DNA of 63,992 nucleotides, the filler included, from Catajapyx aquilonaris (Eukaryota), in assembly GCA_000934665.2 (NCBI GenBank). It is 3 parts of 3 records of this genome, joined end to end, with 100 filler letters (N's around TTAATTAATTAA, not from the genome) between each part and the next. Parts side by side here need not be neighbours in the genome. Positions count along the whole stretch, not along the records: positions 21,591 to 43,153 come from KZ539460.1; positions 43,254 to 63,992 come from KZ539495.1; 1 more part is not named here. One strand, written 5' to 3'. The number at the start of each line of letters is the position of its first letter. The first letter of the stretch is position 1. Under the pieces are notes generated by a model. It had not been told where the DNA came from. It saw only the letters and a list, made by a program, of their open reading frames with translations, and made no database searches. Both the position numbers and the translations under genes were made by a program. This document shows, piece after piece, positions 37,021-48,009 of the stretch.

Positions 37021-38524
37021 TTAAATATTAACATAACACATACCACTATCGACACTATGTATAATTATTTATTTACAATGTCATTGTAAATAAAATTTTT
37101 CTTAATCTTCTGATGAATACATACCGTAAGTTTCTGCATTTTGACTATCAGCTCGAGTGACTGTATCCTAAATCCTTATACACAAAGTTGACAATAGCAC
37201 CACTGCACTGCCTTGAATTGCAACTATGTGACTCTCGGTCCTGCGGGCTAAAGGGACGTTATTGCTCCTCTGAGAAAATTCTTTCGAGGAGCTTAACCAT
37301 CCCTAATTTCTCTTGTGCTCCAGTCCCTCGAAGAGGAATTTCCTATTGTGGAGGAACCCACGATTAGCTTTGGTATTCTCTGCGAGCTGTCTGGCATCAA
37401 AGCACCACATTGACCTTTCTTTCGCAAAAGAAAAAAACTGGAAAGAAAATTAAAATAAGCAAAAATATTATGTATAAGCCTGCAAGGAGGATCCTCCCCG
37501 AAAACATTCACTTCAAATGAGGCCATTCGAAGAAGAGTGTATGTAAATAAAATTTAATCCCCTCGAACTTGTTAGTCAAAAATTTAAAAAATAAAAACAA
37601 GAGACTCATCGTGCTCATGAAAATGTTGACATACATTGACTACCGTTGCACTCTTGTTCCAGTTCAGGGTGAGAATACGAAGATAATTTAAGGATTGTTT
37701 ACCTAAGCATTAAGCAACCAGTTCAAAGGTAAGAAACAATCAGGAACTGAGCAGTCCCTGTGCGGGGATTGTTGAATTTCTTTAAACCGGTTACTGAATC
37801 AAACACTCCATCAATTCTCCTAGTCTCAGTTGTTAGATTTTTTTAGATAGATAGATACGTAGATAGGTTTTATTTCCGTTTACAGTTCCCCATCACACGG
37901 AAAGACACTCTCACCCTCGCCATATTAATTTACAACATAAAGTCACATGACTGTAGTTTTTTGGTCACTTGTACAAAAAAGTTATACAATGAAAAAACAT
38001 TTATCAATGGCATGTCCCAAAATCATATATGTATCGAGTCGATAGGTACCCTGGGAAAATTACCCAAACACTGCCTTCTGAACTCATTGAAAAAAGGACA
38101 TTCGTATAACTAGTGATATACCGTGTTTTCCACCATACAAGTACATAACGTTACATATCGCGTCCTTTCTTATCCTTATGCTATATCCTTGTATCCAGTA
38201 CACCAATGATCCATTTCTTAGGTTCGCCAGGAGTCTTATCATTTTCAGAGGTAAATCATGCTGCAAATACTTTTCTTGCATGAAACTGTTTCTGCTAATA
38301 TCCTGACAATCATGCATCCAACAAGACCTGCTGCATATGGAATGTGGGTTGCACCAAGGGGGACACAGGAGAGTGCTACGGGGTACATTTCGGATGGCGC
38401 CACTGACCGTGACCCGGGGTCAAGGTCACATTTGTCAATGGAAACCCCCATAATTTATTGCAGATATTGACACTACATGAAAAGCAAAAACACTTTCACA
38501 GGGACTACATTTTGTCAATTGAAT

Positions 38525-38795
38525 GCGCCAACAGCGCCAAAAAAAAATGTTCAAGATGGTGATATTCACCTCTACGGCATGCAGAGCAATGGCATCATGT
38601 CAGCTGGTTATGACCTGCTATGAAACAAATGCTGCAATTACATTACATTACATGTCTAATTTGGATTACACCTTCATGATTGTGTACACCCAAACAAGAT
38701 CTCATGTAATGTAATTGCAACATTTATTTCATATTGCAGGTAATTACCAAGGTGAATATCACCATCTTCAACAATTTTTTTGGCGCTGTTAGCTC
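38525..38795. repeat. Degenerate palindromic element
   Basis: AACAGCGCCAAAAAA..AAGATGGTGATATTCACCT and its reverse complement; inner TGCAATTACATTACAT pair. Confidence 0.8.
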
Positions 38796-39495
38796 CTACT
38801 GTATAGTTTGAAAAAATCAAATGTCACGAACAGAGGTCGATTATTTTAATTTAAGAAAGTATTATTTCTATAGCATCCTTCTAAAGACTGAAGTGATTCT
38901 CTAGTTCTTTTAAGAGCAATTTATAGTGCTTTTTAAAGCCCTCTAAGTCTGACCTTTCTCAAACACGCCTTCGTTGACGGTGCCTCTCACGAAACTCTTG
39001 ATACACTGGAAAGCAATCGGGGGAGAGCATCAGGTTCCCAGTACCAATCTCTATGCTAAGACTGGTTTGATCACAAGGGAAAATAACACCTTATCAGAAG
39101 TGAAAAAAAACTGGGTTGCTCGTTAGGAAGCCATCGATAGGAGACAGGAAATGGTTTTTGGGAGTAGATCAATTGAGTTCCTGGCGTCAATTTGAAAGCA
39201 CCCTCCCCTCCTTCCCCTTCTCGCTGTCTTCCTCCTTCACTTCCCCTTCTCCCTTCCTCCCCTCTCCCTTTAAAAAAATCTCTGCCTCTTTGTTCAGGAA
39301 AAGGATGAGCCTTTTAATGCGATGCGTTGTCAGATAAACCTGTAATCAATTTACCCTGACATCTGCAATCGAACGTGATCTAGGAGGCTTGTTCAGAAAA
39401 TATAGATAATAAAATAATCTGCTTTTCACACTTTTCCTCCCTTTTGCACGGGTCTACTTTGTAATAATGGCTGATTTTGTGTATTTATTTTGCAG

Positions 39496-39647
39496 ATCGG
39501 CCATTGGAGGTGTCCATTCTCGGGAGCAACCAGCCGTTGTCAGCGGGTAAAGAATATGAATTAGTGTGCCAAGCAGTGGGTTCCCGTCCTCCTGCTCAGA
39601 TCAGCTGGTGGAAAGATGGGAAGCAAATGGACAGTGTCAAAAAACAG
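39496..39647 (+). CDS. Single exon of a sidestep/nephrin-family Ig-superfamily gene (first half of a C2-set Ig domain)
   Basis: tttattttgcag acceptor, cag|gtaggt donor; [41 protein letters not shown]. Confidence 0.88.
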
Positions 39648-39839
39648 GTAGGTTTTCGTCACGATTAACATAAATCGTTAGTGGAATAACTATCCATTTT
39701 ATAAATGTAGACACCAGAATATAACCTCTGCCGATTGACTATTACTTGCACTCTAATTATGTCGTTATCGGTATATGATCACATAAAATGAACTGCCGTG
39801 CCGTATTATCAATAGTACAAAAGTTAGTTACTGCATATA

Positions 39840-40274
39840 CAGGGTGAAGGGAAACTCGCTCCCAATCGCCAGGTAGACTGATAGTACTCGCAAAACTAAT
39901 ATAGGGATATGCAGTTACTTTTTGGCTCCATTGCCTAGTTAATGCGTACGGCGGGGCGTCCTTCAAGTGTAGAGGGCCGGATGGTGACATATGAGGCGTA
40001 TGAGGCAAAAACCACGAAGTGCATGCGTGTCGTACCCGGATTCTTACTCTGACGGGATTTGATCGCCTTTTGCACGTGGACGATGTGTTAGAGGACCAAA
40101 GGCAAGGGACCGGAGGCCCTCGAACTGACTTGTGCTTCTTAGAAGCTGTCGGAACGGATGTGATGTCACGAAACTTTGACGGCGCCGCGCCGTAGCCTAC
40201 GCATTAACTACGCAACGGCGCGTGCATATCCCTATATTAGTTTTGCGATTATCCGCGAGTTTCCCTTCACCCTG
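39840..40274. mobile_element. Tc1/mariner-type MITE
   Basis: TA-CAGGGTGAAGGGAAACTCG ... CGAGTTTCCCTTCACCCTG-TA, plus a 26-bp subterminal inverted repeat. Confidence 0.88.
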
Positions 40275-40361
40275 TAGAGAGTGTGTCATAATACCGTATA
40301 CCGGTATTGTACGGCCTCAGTATGCTAAGCAATATTCTATGAGCCTAGAAAAAATAAATAT

Positions 40362-40707
40362 TCATTTATTTATTGTTTATTTCTTGTATCCCGTGATGAC
40401 CCTTACGGGTTCTATATGGGGGTGGCACACCACGATCAGTTTTCTAGTACGTATACTTTTTCTTCACTCTCCGGTGCAAGGAATCAAGGACATAGGGTGA
40501 GGATATAGGAATTCCTCCGGAGGGAACATGGGTGTAAGTGCAATGTCCGAAAATGGGTCATGTGCTGTTCCCCAGGAAGTTAGGTTGCCAGACACCTCCA
40601 AGGCGCGGGTCAGAGACCCTCCCGACGCAGGTGAAAGGGAACTCCCAGGTGGGGATCGAACCTGGGACCTTTCACTCAGCAAGCCGAGACGTTTCCATCT
40701 CGGCCCC
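40362..40707 (-). mobile_element. tRNA-derived SINE (third family)
   Basis: GGCCGAGATGG A box, GGTTCGATCC B box; homologous to the copies at 49793 and 58484. Confidence 0.85.
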
Positions 40708-41866
40708 GAAAACAAAGATATGGAGTGACGATAATAATTACGTGGTTTAGGCCACCAGAATAATTGAAGCGCTCAGAGGAAAAATGGCATATCCCAACCG
40801 ACCTTCAATTTTGAGATTGTAGTGCTTTTGTACTCTCCTGCCATCTACTTTTCATGTGCTGTAGTCCCAAATGAATTGGGATATGGCAAGGCTCACATAT
40901 TCCACTTGTAAAATTGGTCCGCAATGGAAAATCCCATTCTCTTGCAACACAAAGAGCCGTTTATCTCAAAATGAACTCCGGTTGGGATATGTCGTTTTTC
41001 CTCTGAGCGCCTCAATTATACCCACTAGAAGAATTCTTAGGCAAAAAATCTATGAGGAATTACTGCTCTTAAAATGGGAACTTATTCCAGAGTTATAGTA
41101 ATAATATAAATTAATCAACGATTATAAAATGAAATTCTCTTATTGCTGGTGCCATCATTTTTCAGGAATGATTTTACAATCATGTCCTTTATTGTCATCA
41201 AGTTGCACTTTGCCTGGCAGGTTGTGTAAAATACTGACGTATCTATTTTGAAACAGCGCATATTGATTGGGGCAAAAAGCTAGAAACAAGCACGCTGAGC
41301 GGGAACTGTGCTTGAAAAGGGGGAAAAATAGACTGGGCAAATAGAAGCCGACTCGGTAGAGCTAAAGCTAATGAAGGTAGACATGCAGAAGGTGATTGAT
41401 TACATAACGAAACTCAGTGCCCAGAAGGCTCTCCCACTTTTGGTAGCGGTGCGTGTCCATCAAGCGATCAGAGTGACATCCACTAAATCTCTGTACCCGA
41501 CGCAGATCAAGTGTGATTCTGGGAATTCGGGCCAGGATTTTTTTAACGTACGTGTGACTTAAGGGATCCCAATTTATTATTTTACCCTGGTGTAAAATTA
41601 AAAGTGTGTAGTGGAGCAACAGGCATTACTATGTTAATATGTGAATGCCGAGTGTCTTAACGCGAGCAAATCAATCTAGGAGTGAAGGCAAGGGGTTGAA
41701 CCCCATCACATCAACGCATGCAAACATTCCATCAGCAGCAGTCACAGGGGAACTACACCAAAAATCCAGGCTGTTTGCACACCAGGTCACTGTACAGCTC
41801 AGAAAAGATACAAGAAGTGTCTGATCCTATTTATGCGTGCCTTCTCAAAACAGAATCTGATGACAG

Positions 41867-41910
<44 letters not shown>

Positions 41911-42361
41911 AAAACATTGACATTGCTGGGGGTAGGACATCATCATACACTATAAACTTACGAGATTCGCCCAATATTCACCTAATTCTCCGAGTCAATT
42001 ACCATTACATATTTTGATGAGCGTTTTTTGGTGTAACATGTTTTCTTAGAGAAGCTTATAAAAGAAACACACGGTTGAAAAAAATTATAATATGCTTCTA
42101 TTCTGCACAAGTCCATGGACATGATTGTACAGTAGTCCTGTGACCATGGAGAGAAATTTTTATACTGTAATGCACCACTGTTGTGTAGATGGGGATGACG
42201 TGACACAAACTCTACCAGAAACAAATATACACCCCCCCCCACACACACACCAAGGATGTGTAGTATATTTTTACCGCACTTTTTATTAATACAGAGTTCT
42301 CTTGGTATTAGCTGTTAAATAAATTCAACTCACAAGGGAACGTCACGAATATTTTTTTAAA

Positions 42362-42406
42362 TACCCCGTGATGTCCCTTACGGGATCTATTGGGGGGGGG
42401 GGGGGG
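42362..42406 (-). mobile_element. SINE 3' end next to an assembly gap
   Basis: TACCCCGTGATGTCCCTTACGGGATCTATTGGGG resembles 40386-40422. Confidence 0.6.
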
Positions 42407-42516
42407 NNNNNNNNNNNNNNNNNNNNNNNNNNNNNNNNNNNNNNNNNNNNNNNNNNNNNNNNNNNNNNNNNNNNNNNNNNNNNNNNNNNNNNNNNNNNNN
42501 NNNNNNNNNNNNNNNN

Positions 42517-42737
42517 TTTGTTGATAGATGGTGCTCGGATAGTAAACATCGATGCGATGTGCCATAACCTGGCAACAGCAGAGCCATCTAGCAACTAAAG
42601 TCAGCCTCCTAGGAGATGCGTGGATAGCCAACAGCGGATTTGTTGTTGCCAGGTTATGGCGTATCGCGTTGTTGTAAGCAAACAACGACGCGATACGCAA
42701 TAACCTGGCAACAACTGCAATCTATCTATCAACAAAA
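42517..42737. repeat. Inverted-repeat element with three ATAACCTGGCAAC units
   Basis: TTTGTTGATAGAT / ATCTATCAACAAA ends. Confidence 0.65.
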
Positions 42738-43153
42738 CAGTCCGCTCACCTGGCACCTCCCGCGTGACGCGTCTGAGCGCACCCGTTCCTTGTCTATGAA
42801 CCCCCTCTAGATGGCGTTTCCGGACACGGGTTCCTATGTAAAAAATTCTTGTCTTGGTCTCCTCTATTACCCCTGAAAGTCTTTGCAGAGTTACAATAAA
42901 CACCCTGTGTGTGTGTATACAGGGTGTATCTGAACTCAGTGCCCCGACGTATATGACTGCCTTCCTAGCCACCAGAGGATCGACTTATGTAGAGGAGTCA
43001 TTATGTCTGGGCAGCCTCATTACTGAGATACACTCTTTAGCGATTTTTGCCTAATTGCTCCTTCTGACTTTTAAATAGAATTTTCTGGTGTAACTAGCCA
43101 AAGAGGCCTTACCACCTGTGGGCAACAAACCAACAAAGTCCCGCCCCCAGACC

Positions 43154-43253
43154 NNNNNNNNNNNNNNNNNNNNNNNNNNNNNNNNNNNNNNNNNNNNTTA
43201 ATTAATTAANNNNNNNNNNNNNNNNNNNNNNNNNNNNNNNNNNNNNNNNNNNN
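43154..43253. other. Artificial scaffold linker
   Basis: Identical 100-bp N44-TTAATTAATTAA-N44. Confidence 0.97.
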
Positions 43254-44780
43254 GCTATAGGTACTGACGTGGAGCGCTGCACTAGTGGCCACGCCGCTGA
43301 ATGAAAATGAGCGGCCCACCTAGGTCCGTCTTCATGTTTCAGGTAGTGTACGCTTGTCCTTTGTGTTTAATTCACTTAATAATATAGTTAATGTAGTTAT
43401 AGTTTTAATATATCTAGAAATAGTTCCAAATAAATTTGGTCCGCTACTGGACAATTCCACGTGAACGTGATCACCTTTTGCACAAAAAAAAATCTGGCCA
43501 TCGATAAGTGTCAAAGTGTGAGAAGACATGTTTAGGTCCATGTTAGAACCTTTCGTATAAGAACTTGGTCCTCTGATGCGTGGTTGCCTCTCTACAGGCG
43601 TAAATTGTAGGCTACTTTGATCACATTTACATGACAATGTAAATGGTTAGATATGATACAAGTTTCATATGTGAAATTGTCTCCTCTTTTTGACAAAAAT
43701 GCTAACTTCATGTGCAAATTCATGTGCTAACTTCATGTACAAATTCATGGCAAAAAGCAAGAATTTTGCAAACAAATTAAATTTTCGAAACGAGAGCCAA
43801 AGTTAAATACCATCAGTCATCACATTGATATCAAAAAATTCCTCATAGTGTCCTCTATCAGGCATAATTATACAACGAAATTTTGGCATACGCAAGGGTT
43901 ACGGAGCTATCATCACTGACGTGGAGGGGTGCAGGAGTGCAATATATTCCATTATATGTGAAAGCAAGGAGCCCGTATGGATCCGCAAGGAATTCCGTAC
44001 AGGCCTCAACAGTGAACATTCATTTGGACTGTGACTAGGAACGAATAGAGGAATGAATATAAAAATAATAAGTAGGCTACATGTTTCTCTATTGTAAATA
44101 ATCAAGCATATTTTAACACACACTTGACACTTGTGAAAATTGAAACTTTGTTGAACATGACAAGGGAATTTTCATTTATTCTTACTATTCTATGGTAATT
44201 TTCTTTGAACTATATTATTAAGTGAATTAAACAAAAAGGACAAGCGTACACTACCTGAGACATGAAGACGGACCTAGGTGGACCGCTCTTTTTCATTCAG
44301 CGGGTGTGGCCACTAGCGCAGCGCTCCACGTCAGTACCTATAGCTCCGTAACCATTTCGTATTCCAAGATTCCGTTTGTACCACTGATAGAGGACACTTC
44401 AAGGTGTATTTTGATATCAATGTGATGACATTTGACTTTGGCTCTTTTTTTGAAAATGTCATTTGTTTGCAAAAATGTCGATTTGTGACATGAATTTGGA
44501 CAGCTATCGGAAAGTGACTATTTTTGTCGGAAAGAGGAGACAATTTCACACATGAAACATGTATTACATCATGCATTTACGTTGTCATGTAAATGTAATA
44601 GGGGGGCGCCTCTAACTGTGATCCAAGTGCAATTAGCGCCTGTAGATAGGCAACCACGCATCGGCGGACCAAATCCTTATGGGAAAGGTCATAACTTGAC
44701 ATGGACTCAAACATATCTCACACTCATCCACGGGCAAATTTTTTCGTGCAAAAGGTGGTCACATTCACGTGGAATTGCCC
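43254..44780. repeat. Rearranged inverted copies of an unclassified repeat of about 570 bp
   Basis: 43254-43390 matches revcomp 44209-44345; 43450-43900 matches revcomp 44345-44780. Confidence 0.8.
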
Positions 44781-45346
44781 ATATGTAGACGACTCGTAGT
44801 GAACAGCTGCCCTAGTTTCTGCCTTAGTCCAGGTGACCAACACACGTCTGTCTGCCATGACTTCTCCTGGTGGAATGTGGGCTGGCATGCTCTGCTCGGC
44901 ACTGGATATCTTCCAATGGTTGCTGCTCCTGCACACAAGCCGTAAGATGGTGCCTACCCATCCTATAGAGAACTGGAAGGATCAACATCCCTGCACATGC
45001 TCATCTTTACCCTGTCCATCGCATGGTGTTGAAACTGTAGCATCGCGAAACTTATTTTCCTACTGACCCTTGTATTATTAACAACGAACACTAAAAATTG
45101 TCATGGGTCACTGCAAATGCAATCCTGGGAAGATAGGCTGGAAATCTTTGAGTGTGTGTAAATTGTGAATGATAATAATCATTACTGAGAGTTTAGATAT
45201 AATGGTTACGACATTTGTATGCTGCTCCCTACTATATTTTTAAAAAGTTTAGTCGTCTGGCTTTGCGGTCGCACCATTTCTAGGCTATAATTCGAAAAAA
45301 TTAGTGTCATCCATCATTAAAAAGCCAGTTGAAAATACTTTAACCT

Positions 45347-45510
45347 AATAATGGATACCCCGTGATAGGCCTCCTTGGGCCTCTTAGGGGATTATCTTCT
45401 AAATACCCGACTTTAATCATTGCCTGCGCTGTGATGGATTTTGATTGTGGGAGGAAACAGGAGAACCCGGTGAAAACCCACGCAAACACAGAGAGAACCC
45501 ATCCAAACTC
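45347..45510 (-). mobile_element. 5'-truncated copy of the V-domain SINE
   Basis: High similarity to 3365-3520. Confidence 0.85.
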
Positions 45511-45889
45511 TTTAATACTCTTATCTCTAAAATACTTTAATCTAATGGCACATGAAACGAAATTTCTAGGTCCAGGCGATTGTTACACCTCAACGAAGGA
45601 GAAAAAGTTCTCTTTCAGGGCTGACTTCTGCCATGGCGCATAATTCGATAATTTATTTAAGTGACTTCCACACTTGAGGGAAAAATTCATAATTTTAATA
45701 TGATGGTCCCACAACTATGTTGAAGTATTGTTTAAGAATTCACACTCATAGGTAGCATTGTTGTGTAGTTCTTGGATCGACAATGTGACCTTCCGAACCT
45801 CCATCCAGAAATGCTGCACGAACCTTGGAGATGGACCAACGCAACGATCTTTTTATGGTAAAGTTGAAAATGTATGGGTCTTAAACATT

Positions 45890-46292
45890 TGAAGCAAATA
45901 CAATGCACCTCTACAGTGAAAAGCGAACTCGTAGACCACTCGCTTGTACTCCCGACTAAAGTCCAAGAGGTGGGTGGGTGGATTTGCGGCGGAGTTACCG
46001 TGATGTGGTATGCTCAAGATAAGCAGCGTGTGTGTCAATGGTCAAATTTTATTCTGGGCGTGTTTTGCTACATATTTACTGGACAAAATTATGGATTCAA
46101 GCACCAAGGATCTGCCTCATTCTTGATCATCATCACATATTTCCGACAATATGCGTGAACTGGCAAGTTCGTCACAAGTCCACCCACCCACCTCCTGGAC
46201 TTTAGTCGGGAGTACAAGCAAGAGGTCTACACTGCAGGATTATTGAAACACGAGTTTGCTTTTCCCTGTATTGTTGCATTGTATCGCTTCGA
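45890..46292. repeat. Inverted-repeat element
   Basis: GTAGACC..GCTTGTACTCCCGACTAAAGTCCA.GAGGTGGGTGGGTGGA and its reverse complement at 46178-46230; weaker outer arms. Confidence 0.8.
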
Positions 46293-46494
46293 AGCAACTA
46301 TTACAAAGTTAGCAGGTCCATCTGCCAGGCAATGTCCCTACAAAGAGGTGTCTTGTGTGTTTCCACATGTCTAGGGGCAGGTTACTGTATCTGGTAGTCC
46401 ACCTCCTCACCAGCTGGTCTTTCAACATTTCTCTCCCCCTACATTTTTGACTTGTTTAGGCCAACAATTACACTGGCATATGGATGCTATACTA

Positions 46495-47499
46495 CAGGGT
46501 GGACGGAAAGTTTCGGACCCCCCCAGGTTTTTTAACCCTACTTTTCACAGCGTCTTTTCACATCTTTTAAAAGTCCACAAGCAGTTCTAATGTACACTAT
46601 CTTTTGAAGCATAATCTTGAGAACATCTGAGCACCTTCGCTCTCGCAATTCCATTAATAACTTCGCCTCTGTGACTCATCTAAACATCCCATCTGTTTTG
46701 CGTTTATTTTGCTTGTTGCCTTGGAGGACCCCTGGTCATATTCTGCGTCAGATAAGGTTTTTATGACCCTTTTCCATGAGTTCCCCTTCATGCAAATGTT
46801 GTGAACTCACTCCTGACCTTATTTTTCGCATTGGTCCATAACCTGGTCCAATAAAAATTTGAAAAGGAATGCATGAAATGGCGGACCCGGATGCATTACT
46901 TTCGAATTGGTACCATCACATTTGTCTCCATTTTTACTTTCAAATAATTTTTGGTGGGAAAGGACAGTAAACAGTCCTACCTTGGTAAATTAATCAACAT
47001 GACACAGCCTTTCGTTCACGTCCTTTTGCACCAAAAAATTATTTCAAAGTAAAAGTGGAGACAAATGTGATGGTACCAATGTGAGAATTCGAAAGTAATG
47101 CATCCGGGTCCGCCATTTAATGCATTCCTTTTCAAATTTTTATTGGACCAGGTTATGGACCAATGCGAAAAATAAGGTCAGGAGTGAGTTCACAACATTT
47201 GCATGAAGGGGAACTCATGGAAAAGGGCTATAAAAACATTATCTGACGCAGAATATGACCAGGGGTCCTCCAAGGCAACAAGCAAAATAAACGCAAAACA
47301 GATAGGATGTTTAGATGAGTCACAGAGGCAAAGTTATTAATGGAATTGCGAGAGCGAAGGTGCTCAGATGTTCTCGAGATTATGCTTCAAAAGATAGTGT
47401 ACATTAGAACTGCTTGTGGACTTTTAAAAGATGTGAAAAGACGCTGTGAAAAGTAGGGTTAAAAAACCTGGGGGGGTGCGAAACTTTCCGTCCACCCTG
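46495..47499. mobile_element. 1005-bp foldback Tc1/mariner-type element, arms about 460 bp
   Basis: TA-CAGGGTGGACGGAAAGTTTCG ... CGAAACTTTCCGTCCACCCTG-TA; few arm mismatches. Confidence 0.93.
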
Positions 47500-47838
47500 T
47501 AGTACGAAACACCTCTGTTGGGGGTCCAGTTGCAATTCCCAACTCTTTTCATTCCTCCAGTTTTATACTGATAAACTTCCCCTTACTATCACAAGTGAAT
47601 GCAATGAAAAGTGCTTTCTGCAGTGAATTTCCTTTATTTTTCTTAGTCCTAATCCACCCTTTCAGCTTTGGATTGTTAACATTAGGACTCCACAGCTACT
47701 TCACACTACATAACATCCAAAGTTCATGTTATGTAACTGATGAAGTATTGAAATCCCTCTCCTCTGGGTCATGGAATTGGTTTCGAAGTATTGAACACTA
47801 CTCATGTCATTACAAGAATAATGATGTTAATATCATAC

Positions 47839-48009
47839 CTGTAAGGTTCAGGAGCATAATAATCCTTCCTTTGATTCACATAGCGCCCTCTTCCAGATGA
47901 CGCAGCAACCGCTGCCGCAGCCGCCGCCACTGCCGCAGACTGGTAGGGGTAATTGTAGTAACTTGCTTGGTCATATTCAGGAGGCCTATTGTCATATTTC
48001 CTTGGGTAT
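47839..48009 (-). CDS. RBBP6: RBBP6 exon (YPRKYDNRPPEY...APEPY)
   Basis: Phase 2-2, strong splice sites. Confidence 0.85.

Noticed and set aside
44724..46440. Possible further 3' RBBP6 exons (near 44800-44930 and 46400)
   Set aside because: No recognisable homology, ambiguous phase, and the ORF runs into a repeat; left unresolved.
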